Origin: Candidatus Eiseniibacteriota bacterium
GTDB taxonomy: Bacteria > Eisenbacteria > RBG-16-71-46 > SZUA-252
NCBI GenBank assembly: GCA_031370645.1
Contig: JANMQV010000071.1
Location: 1 to 64,000, forward strand
Direction of reading: 5' to 3'
DNA length: 64,000 bases
The notes beneath the pieces are model-generated. The model saw only the letters and a program-made list of their open reading frames with translations. It was not told where the DNA came from and ran no database searches. Position numbers and translations under genes: made by a program. Shown here piece by piece: positions 56,901 to 64,000 of the stretch (positions within the stretch are counted from its first letter, which is position 1; each line of letters opens with the position of its first letter).

Positions 56901-57922
56901 CAGCGGGAAGCGAGGAGCGGCGCGCCGGTCGCCGTCGCGGCCGCGGAGGGTGCCGGGAGCCGCGGTTCGACGATCGCTGCGAGCGCGTCGAGGAATCGCG
57001 GGTCGGCGTTCAGAGCCGCCGCGCGCACGAAGGTAGTGATGCCGCGCGCCCGGGCCTGGTCGCCGTACTGCTGGTCGATCTCGTAGAGCGTTTCGATGTG
57101 GTCGGAGACGAAGGAGATCGAGACGACCACAATCTCCTTCACCCCTTCGGCGCCGAGGCGGTCGATCGTCTCCTCGGTGCTCGGTCCGATCCAAGGAACG
57201 GGGCCGACCCGACTCTGATAGGCGAGGATCGTCGGCAGCCCGGCCGTTTCCGGCACGCGCTTGAGAAGTCCGGCCATCGTGGACTTGATGTGGTCGCAGT
57301 AGGGATCGCCCGCGTCGATGAAGTGCTGCGGGAGGCCGTGGGCGCTGATGAGTATCGTCGGTTTCGCTCCGGACGGCACCGTCGCCATCACCTCGCGGAG
57401 CGGCGCCGCCAGGGCGTCGAGATAGGCCGGGTGGTCGTACCACGCCTCGATCGTCTCGAGCGGTAACGAAGAGCCGCGGCGTTTCAACGCGCGGCGAAGT
57501 TCCGCCACGCTCGATCCGGTCGTGGCGATCGAATAGTGCGGGTACATGGTGAGCGCCAGGAGGCGATCGCAACCGGCTCGCTCCAGCTGATCGAGCGCCT
57601 CGTCGGTCGTAGGATTCCAGTAGCGCATGGCCATGGCGAACTCCACGTCGTGCCCCAATGCGCGGAGCCGTTCCACCAAACCGCGCCCCTGGAGCGTGCT
57701 CCAGCAGACGATCGGCGAGCTGCCGCCGATGCGCGCGTAATTCTCCTGCACTTCCTTCGTCCGGCTGTAGGCGATCATTCGGCCGATGAAGAACTGCCCG
57801 ACCGGACCGCCGGGGAGTTTGATGATCTCGCGGTCGCTGAAAAGACGAGTGAGGAACGGCCGGACGGCGTCGAGGCTGTCGGGGCCGCCGAGATTGAGAA
57901 GAAGGATTCCGGTCTTCGCCAT
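56900..57922 (-). CDS. hemH: Ferrochelatase
   Basis: LLNLGGP, SAHGLP, YQSRVGP..W, FVSDHIETLYEID. Confidence 0.95.
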   Translation of the reverse strand: MAKTGILLLNLGGPDSLDAVRPFLTRLFSDREIIKLPGGPVGQFFIGRMIAYSRTKEVQENYARIGGSSPIVCWSTLQGRGLVERLRALGHDVEFAMAMRYWNPTTDEALDQLERAGCDRLLALTMYPHYSIATTGSSVAELRRALKRRGSSLPLETIEAWYDHPAYLDALAAPLREVMATVPSGAKPTILISAHGLPQHFIDAGDPYCDHIKSTMAGLLKRVPETAGLPTILAYQSRVGPVPWIGPSTEETIDRLGAEGVKEIVVVSISFVSDHIETLYEIDQQYGDQARARGITTFVRAAALNADPRFLDALAAIVEPRLPAPSAAATATGAPLLASR

Positions 57923-57925
57923 CGG

Positions 57926-59317
57926 TTAGACGGTCCGCGAGAAGACGGGCTTCTCGCCGCCTTCCTGTTTCTTGAGGTAGGCGTCGAACGCCATGCAGGC
58001 GTTTCGAACGAAGAGTCGCCCCGGCTCGGTGACTTCGATCGAACGAGGCGTGCGCGTCACGAAACCGTGTCCCACGAGCCCCTCGTCCAATTCCTTCAGC
58101 GATTCCGCGAAGTACGCGGCGAAGTCGATGCCGTAGGCGCGCTCGATCGAGGGAATATCGAGGTGAAAATTGCACATGAGGCTCTGGATGACGTCGCGGC
58201 GGATCTCGTCGTCCTTGCTCCGCTCGAACCCTCGCTCGATGGGCGGCTCGCCGCGGTCGAGGGCGTCCTTGTAGCGATTCAACTTCTTCGTGTTCTGGGC
58301 GAAGGCGCCGCCGATGTCGCCGATGGAGGAGACGCCGACGCCGATGTAGTCCTTTGCGGGGTGCGTCGTGTAGCCCATGAAATTGCGGAAGAGGGTGTGC
58401 TCGCGCGCGGCCACGGCGAGCGAGTCCTCCTTCACGGCGAAGTGGTCCATCCCGATCTGCTGGTATCCCGCTTCGGTGAAGAGCTCGTAGGCGATGCCGA
58501 AGAGCTGGAGTTTCACCTCGCGCGGCGGGAGGTCCTCCAGCCGAATGGCCTTTTGGTGCGCCTTGATCCAGGGGACGAAGGCGTAGGAATAGACCGCCAC
58601 GCGATCGGGGCGCAATTCGAGCGCCAGTTCGATCGTCTTCCGAAACGTCTTCGGAGTCTGGTGCGGGAGGCCGTAGATGAAGTCGAAGTTGATCGATTCG
58701 AAGCCGAGATCGCGCATGTAGAGATGGAGGTCCTTCGTGATCGGGAACGACTGATAGCGATTCACGGCGTCCTGGACGTCCTCGTCGAAATCCTGGACGC
58801 CCATCGAGATCCGATTGAACCCGAGTTCTCGAAGGAGTTCGGCCTGGCGGCGCGTCGTCACGCGCGGGTCGACCTCGATCGCGATCTCCGCTCCCGGAGC
58901 GAACGTGAACTGCTTCGCGAGCGCGTTCCAGACGCGCTTCATCTCGTCGAGCGTGAGATAGGTCGGCGTGCCGCCTCCCCAATGGTACTGAACCAGTTCC
59001 CGCCGCTTTCCGAGGTGCTTCCCGACGATTTCGATCTCCCGCTCCAGGTCGTCGATGTAGGCGGAGGCGACCCCGTGCTTCTGCGTCACGATCACGTTGC
59101 ATCCGCAAAACGTGCAGCGCTCCCGGCAGAAGGGGAGATGAACATAGAGGGAGAGCGGCTCGCCCGGCTTCTGCGAGGCCTCTTCCAGCTTTTCGAGGTA
59201 GCGCTTCGGTCCGAACTCCTCGTGGAACTCGATGGCGGTCGGATAGGACGTGTAGCGGGGGCCCGGCCGGTCGTATTTGGCCAGCATCTCGGCGGTGAGT
59301 GCGGCGACGTTGCTCAT
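57926..59317 (-). CDS. hemN: Oxygen-independent coproporphyrinogen III oxidase
   Basis: GPRYTSYPTA, CRERCTFCGC, GGGTPT, RNFMGY. Confidence 0.95.
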   Translation of the reverse strand: MSNVAALTAEMLAKYDRPGPRYTSYPTAIEFHEEFGPKRYLEKLEEASQKPGEPLSLYVHLPFCRERCTFCGCNVIVTQKHGVASAYIDDLEREIEIVGKHLGKRRELVQYHWGGGTPTYLTLDEMKRVWNALAKQFTFAPGAEIAIEVDPRVTTRRQAELLRELGFNRISMGVQDFDEDVQDAVNRYQSFPITKDLHLYMRDLGFESINFDFIYGLPHQTPKTFRKTIELALELRPDRVAVYSYAFVPWIKAHQKAIRLEDLPPREVKLQLFGIAYELFTEAGYQQIGMDHFAVKEDSLAVAAREHTLFRNFMGYTTHPAKDYIGVGVSSIGDIGGAFAQNTKKLNRYKDALDRGEPPIERGFERSKDDEIRRDVIQSLMCNFHLDIPSIERAYGIDFAAYFAESLKELDEGLVGHGFVTRTPRSIEVTEPGRLFVRNACMAFDAYLKKQEGGEKPVFSRTV

Positions 59318-60378
59318 GATGCGGCTCCCGTGTGGTTCGCGCGAAAACGCTTCACGGTGTCGACCAGGAGCGCCACGTTTTCGAGCGGCGTGTCCGGGAA
59401 GATGCCGTGCCCCAGGTTGAAGATGTGTCCCGGCCGGCCCGCGTTCTCGCGGAGCACGGCCTCCGCCTGCGTCACGATCGCCTTCGGCGATCCGAGGAGG
59501 ACGGCCGGATCGAGATTTCCCTGCACGCCGCGGTCGTTTCCCAAGACGGCGCGCGCGTGGCGGATCGAGACGCGGTAGTCGATGCCGAAAACGTCGGCCC
59601 GCACGTGGCGGAGCGCTTCCAGATGTCCGGTGGAGGGGGCGAGCGCGAAGTAGATCGTCGGCGTCCCCTTCGGGAGCGCGGCCAAGACCCGTTCGGTCCA
59701 GGTGGCGGCGATGCCTGCGAAGAGATGCGGCGGGAGCCAGCCGGCCTGCGTATCGAAGAGCATCACGGCGTCGGCGCCCGCGGCGATTTGAACCTTCAAG
59801 TAATCGACCGTCGCATCGGCGAGGAACTCGAGGAGCGCGAGGAACGCTTCCGGCTCGCGGGCCAGGAACGCGCGCGTCTTCGAGATGTCGCGCGAGCCGC
59901 CCGCCTCGATGAGATAGGCGGCGACGGTGAAGGGCGCGCCGGCGAAGCCGATGAGCGGCACGCGGCCCGCCAGGCGTTCCTTGACGGCGCGAATGACCGG
60001 GCGGATGTGGGGGAGCCCCGCGTCGGCGCCGGCCCAACGAAGGGCCATCACGTCTTCGCGCGATTCGATCAGTTTCCCGAGTTTCGGGCCGGGGTCGAAG
60101 GTGAGCGGGATGCCCATCGCGAGGAGCGGAATCAGAATATCCGAGAAGAGAATGGCGGCGTCGAAGCCGAAGCGGTCGATCGGCTGCGCCGTGACCTCCG
60201 CCGCCACCTCCGGCACGCGGCAGCAGTCGAGGAACGACTGCTTCTCGCGAAGCGCGCGGTATTCGGGAAGATAGCGGCCGGCCTGGCGCATGATCCAGAT
60301 CGGCGTCTGCTCGATCGGTTCGCCGCGGCAGGCGCGGAGGAACGAATAGGCAGGGGCCAGAGAAGGAATTTGCGTCAC
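59314..60378 (-). CDS. hemE: Uroporphyrinogen decarboxylase
   Basis: WIMRQAGRYLPEY, AILFSDIL, FNLGHG. Confidence 0.95.
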   Translation of the reverse strand: MTQIPSLAPAYSFLRACRGEPIEQTPIWIMRQAGRYLPEYRALREKQSFLDCCRVPEVAAEVTAQPIDRFGFDAAILFSDILIPLLAMGIPLTFDPGPKLGKLIESREDVMALRWAGADAGLPHIRPVIRAVKERLAGRVPLIGFAGAPFTVAAYLIEAGGSRDISKTRAFLAREPEAFLALLEFLADATVDYLKVQIAAGADAVMLFDTQAGWLPPHLFAGIAATWTERVLAALPKGTPTIYFALAPSTGHLEALRHVRADVFGIDYRVSIRHARAVLGNDRGVQGNLDPAVLLGSPKAIVTQAEAVLRENAGRPGHIFNLGHGIFPDTPLENVALLVDTVKRFRANHTGAAS

Positions 60379-61685
60379 GCCACACCTCCCAAGACTTCAT
60401 CGGCCGCCTCGAGCGTCCGGTCGATCTCTTCTTCCCCGTGCGCGTCGGAAAGAAACGCGCTCTCGAAGGCCGACGGCGGCAGATAGACGCCGCGCTCCAG
60501 CATGCCGCGGAAGAAACGCGCGAACAGTTCACGATCGGCGGAGCGGACGTCGGCCATCGAGGCGACGCGTGCGGGGCCGAAGAAGAGAGTGAACATCGAT
60601 CCTATTTGATTCACGGCGCCGGCGATCTTCCGCCGGGTCAGGATTTCACGCAGCCCGGCCGCCAGGAGCACGGCACGAGCCTCGACGCGCGGGAAGAGCG
60701 CGGGATCCGATTCGAGGATCTCCATCGTCGCGAGCCCCGCCGCCATGGCGACCGGATTCCCGGAGTAGGTGCCGGCTTGATAGACGGGACCTTCCGGCGC
60801 GACATGCGCCAGAAGATCGGTGCGGCCGCCGAAGGCCGCCACAGGCAAACCGCCTCCGATCACTTTTCCGAGCGTCACGAGATCGGGCTTCACGCCGTAG
60901 CGCTCGGCGGCGCCGCCGCGGGAGACCCGGAAGCCGGTCATGACTTCGTCGAAAATGAGAACCGCGCCGTGGCGATCGCAGAGGGCTCTGAGCCCCGGGA
61001 GGAAATCGGGGGACGGAGGAAGGCAGCCGTAGTTCCCGACCACCGGCTCCACGATCACCGCCGCGATCTCCGATGCCTCCTTGGCGAAGATCGATTCCAC
61101 CGACGCGAGGTCGTTGAACGTCGCGATCCGAGCGTCCCTCGCCACCGACTCGGGTACGCCCGGCGAATCGGGAATCCCGAGCGTGGCGAGCCCGGAGCCC
61201 GCCTTCATGAGAAAGGCGTCGGCGTGGCCGTGATAGCAACCGTCCAACTTCACGTAGCCGGAGCGCTTCGTCGCGGCGCGCGCCACGCGAAGCGCGCTCA
61301 TCGTCGCCTCGGTGCCGGTCGTGACGAAGCGGAGCCGTTCGGCCGCGGGGTAGAAGCGGCGGACCCGCTCCGCCAATTCCACCTCGAGCGCCGTGCTCGT
61401 TCCGAAGATGAAGCCGGCGCGCGCTTGCCGCTCCACCGCCTCCACCACCTTCGGGTGCGCGTGCCCCAAGAGCATCGGTCCCCACCCGAGCACATAGTCG
61501 AGGAGCCGGTTCCCGTCGGCATCGGTCAGATAGGCGCCCTTGGCCGAGGCGATGAAGCGCGGCACGCCGCCCACCGCGCGGAAGGCGCGAACGGGCGAAT
61601 TGACGCCGCCGGGGAAGAGCCCCTGCGCGCGATGGAAGAGAGCCTCGCTCTGGGTCGTCGTCGGAAGGGCGCGCGTCTCGCTCAT
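60375..61685 (-). CDS. hemL: Glutamate-1-semialdehyde 2,1-aminomutase
   Basis: [34 protein letters not shown]. Confidence 0.95.
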   Translation of the reverse strand: MSETRALPTTTQSEALFHRAQGLFPGGVNSPVRAFRAVGGVPRFIASAKGAYLTDADGNRLLDYVLGWGPMLLGHAHPKVVEAVERQARAGFIFGTSTALEVELAERVRRFYPAAERLRFVTTGTEATMSALRVARAATKRSGYVKLDGCYHGHADAFLMKAGSGLATLGIPDSPGVPESVARDARIATFNDLASVESIFAKEASEIAAVIVEPVVGNYGCLPPSPDFLPGLRALCDRHGAVLIFDEVMTGFRVSRGGAAERYGVKPDLVTLGKVIGGGLPVAAFGGRTDLLAHVAPEGPVYQAGTYSGNPVAMAAGLATMEILESDPALFPRVEARAVLLAAGLREILTRRKIAGAVNQIGSMFTLFFGPARVASMADVRSADRELFARFFRGMLERGVYLPPSAFESAFLSDAHGEEEIDRTLEAADEVLGGVA

Positions 61686-62665
61686 GCGAATTTCTTTCCC
61701 AAAATCGGCGCGATCTCTTTGGCGTGGTAGGTGACGATCACGTCCGCGCCGGCGCGCCGAATGGACGTGAGCGCTTCGAGCGCCGCACGCTCGCCGTCGA
61801 TCCAGCCGCGCTCGGCGGCGGCCTTGATCATGGAGTACTCGCCCGAGACGTTGTACGCCGCGACCGGCACGCCGAAGCGGTCCTTCACGCGGCGAACGAT
61901 GTCGAGATAGGGGAGTGCCGGCTTCACCATCACCATGTCGGCCCCTTCCTCGAGATCGAGCGCCACTTCGCGAAGCGCTTCATCTCCGTTCGAGGGGTCC
62001 ATCTGGTAGGCGCGGCGGTCCCCGAACTGCGGCGCCGATTCGGCCGCTTCGCGGAAGGGACCGTAGAAGGCGCTCGCGTATTTCGCGGCATAGGAGACGA
62101 TCGGAGTCTCGAGGAGCCCTCCGGCGTCGAGAGCACGGCGGATGGCGCCGACGCGGCCGTCCATCATGTCGCTCGGCGCCACGATGTCGGCCCCCGCCTC
62201 CGCGTACGCCACCGCGGCCTTGGCGAGGAGCGGAAGCGACTTGTCGTTGTCGACGCGATCGCCCGCCAGAACGCCGCAGTGCCCGTGGTCGGTGTATTCG
62301 CAGAGGCAGACGTCGGCCCATAGAAGGAGACCCGGCGCGGAGGCTTTGAGGGCGCGAAGCGCGCGGGGAACGATGCCGTCCTTCGCATACCCTTCGCTCC
62401 CGACCGCATCTTTCTTCTCCGGAATGCCGAAGAGGATGACGCCACCGACGCCGAGGCGCGCCAATTCGGCGGCTTCACGCACCGCCTCGTCCACGGAAAG
62501 TTGAGAGTGTCCCGGCATCGACGAGATGGGGCGGCGCACCTTCTCGCCGTGGCAGACGAAGAGCGGCGCGACCAAGTCGCCCGGTTCGAGCGTCGTCTCA
62601 CGAACGAGGGAGCGAAGCGCCGGCGTGGCGCGGAAGCGGCGGAGGCGTGTCGTCGGGAAGGTCAT
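61682..62665 (-). CDS. hemB: Porphobilinogen synthase
   Basis: [28 protein letters not shown]. Confidence 0.95.
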   Translation of the reverse strand: MTFPTTRLRRFRATPALRSLVRETTLEPGDLVAPLFVCHGEKVRRPISSMPGHSQLSVDEAVREAAELARLGVGGVILFGIPEKKDAVGSEGYAKDGIVPRALRALKASAPGLLLWADVCLCEYTDHGHCGVLAGDRVDNDKSLPLLAKAAVAYAEAGADIVAPSDMMDGRVGAIRRALDAGGLLETPIVSYAAKYASAFYGPFREAAESAPQFGDRRAYQMDPSNGDEALREVALDLEEGADMVMVKPALPYLDIVRRVKDRFGVPVAAYNVSGEYSMIKAAAERGWIDGERAALEALTSIRRAGADVIVTYHAKEIAPILGKKFA

Positions 62666-63531
62666 CGTCTGGTCTCTTCCATCAAGTGTAGCGCAAGGAA
62701 GGCGAGCGGGTGGCTCGGCCGTGGAGTCACGGTGCGAAGTCCAGCGTCGACGCCCCGAAATCCGCGCGCCCGAAGCGCCGCCGCGGTGGTGGGTCCCTTG
62801 GCGGCGACCGGCACCGCGTGGAGCGCTTTCAGCGCGTCGGGCAAGAGAAGCGCTTCCAGCGCCTCCGCGCCCGAGGGGCTGAAAAAGATCGCGCAGGCGA
62901 GGCGCCGCTCCCCGAGCGCGACGAGGAGTTCATCGACGTCGGGGCGCAGGTAGCGGGTCTCGTAGACCTCGAGTCGCTCCATCGCGACGCCGCGAGCCGC
63001 GAGGCCTTCCGGAAAGTCGGGCAGGGAACGGTTCCCTGCGAGGAAGAGAACGCGGCGAATGCCGTCCACGGCCACGCGCGTCGCGATCAAATCGGCCAGG
63101 GCCCGCGCGCCGTGCGGCCCGAATCCCTGCGGCGTGGCGACCGTGATCCCGGCCTCCGCCACCGGCGCCGCGCTCGAGTCGCCCAACGCGAAGAGCGGCG
63201 TTCCCTCGAGCGCCGGACGGAGGAGGGGAAGTGCGGCACGCGCGAGCACTTCTCCGGCGCGCCCGCTCGTCCAGGCGAGCGCCGTTCCTTCGGGAAGTGA
63301 GGCGAGAATCCCGGGAAGCCGCTCCGCGTCACGGCCCACGACGGTTTGGAGTAAGGGGAGCCGGAGCACGGCATAGCCGTTTCGCTCGAGGCCTGCGGCC
63401 AGACGATCGTCCTCGGAATCGTCGCGCGCCACGAGATAGACGAACGGCTTGTCGCGCGGCGCGGTCCAGCCGTAGGCCTCAGCCGCTTGCAAAAGGAGTT
63501 CCTCTTCGGTTCTTCCGTCGACCGTCATCAC
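62662..63531 (-). CDS. hemD: Uroporphyrinogen-III synthase
   Basis: WTS, VYET, FFSPS, GPTTA; lies between hemC and hemB. Confidence 0.8.
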   Translation of the reverse strand: MMTVDGRTEEELLLQAAEAYGWTAPRDKPFVYLVARDDSEDDRLAAGLERNGYAVLRLPLLQTVVGRDAERLPGILASLPEGTALAWTSGRAGEVLARAALPLLRPALEGTPLFALGDSSAAPVAEAGITVATPQGFGPHGARALADLIATRVAVDGIRRVLFLAGNRSLPDFPEGLAARGVAMERLEVYETRYLRPDVDELLVALGERRLACAIFFSPSGAEALEALLLPDALKALHAVPVAAKGPTTAAALRARGFRGVDAGLRTVTPRPSHPLAFLALHLMEETRR

Positions 63532-64000
63532 GGGAAGACCTCGTCGCTTCGAACCTCCGCCAGGATTTCGCGCGCACCCTGCGTCAGCATGCTCGCAGCC
63601 AGCGCCGCTCCGAGTCCCAGCGCATCGGAGATCGGCCCTTCGACCGTTCTCCTCAGCGTGGGGCGTCCCGAAGGGTGGCCGACGAAGCCGGCCAGGTGGA
63701 GCCGGTCGCCGCGCGCATGCGCCCGCGCGCCGACCGGCACCAGGCAGCCGCCCCCGAGTCCCGCGAGAAACGCACGTTCCGCCGTTGCCTCCGCCGCGGC
63801 GACCGGATCGTGGAGCGGGCGCACCGCCGTCAAGGTGGCCTCGTCTCCAGCGCGCGTCTGAATCGCGAGCACGCCCTGGCCCGGCGCGGGGAGCATGATC
63901 TCCTCGTCGATCGATTCGGTGATGCGGTCGGCGAGGCCGAGACGACGAAGCCCCGCCGCCGCGACCACCACCGCGTCGAAGCGCCCTTCTTCGACGCGTT
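63528..64000 (-). CDS. hemC: Hydroxymethylbilane synthase (5' part outside the window)
   Basis: AAAGLRRLG, MLPAPGQG, ERAFL..LGGGC.VP. Confidence 0.92.
   Translation of the reverse strand, partial: RVEEGRFDAVVVAAAGLRRLGLADRITESIDEEIMLPAPGQGVLAIQTRAGDEATLTAVRPLHDPVAAAEATAERAFLAGLGGGCLVPVGARAHARGDRLHLAGFVGHPSGRPTLRRTVEGPISDALGLGAALAASMLTQGAREILAEVRSDEVFP

Noticed and set aside
56901-59108. Apparent 1204-aa HemY fusion, and likewise the 868-aa HemN ORF
   Set aside because: The N-terminal extensions are off-frame readings of hemH/hemN/hemE; real starts are at 56900 and 59317 with stop/start overlaps

Overview
High-GC bacterial chromosomal segment with no mobile elements, CRISPR arrays, rRNA or tRNA genes that I can support. 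Secreted proteins with FlgD-Ig-like C-terminal domains, OmpA/TSP3 proteins, a secretin and MlaEFD indicate a diderm; an Eisenbacteria/FCB-like lineage is an inference. From left to right: a tandem-duplicated M43 metalloprotease (partial), two OmpA/TSP3 paralogs, assorted enzymes (HerA-like DUF853, GNAT plus BoxB-like di-iron protein, peptidases, GSDH, pdxH, DUF2779), a Tad/Flp pilus locus, an ECF sigma/anti-sigma pair, a NodIJ-like exporter coupled to an AlkD-like protein, a DtxR/MntR-controlled cupredoxin / two-domain multicopper oxidase / ZIP operon with a visible operator, gltA, a candidate ceramide synthesis operon (spt-cerS-cerR) converging on an FA2H-like hydroxylase-mlaEFD operon, queED, and a hemCDBLENHY heme operon. 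Best leads: (1) the sphingolipid synthesis, hydroxylation and Mla-type transport neighbourhood; (2) two unannotated structured intergenic RNAs, one with CsrA-type ANGGA loops; (3) the DtxR-MCO-ZIP metal uptake module; (4) a 30-aa unannotated tad-operon peptide and a secreted C2HC zinc-finger protein. All family calls come from reading motifs by eye, not from database searches.
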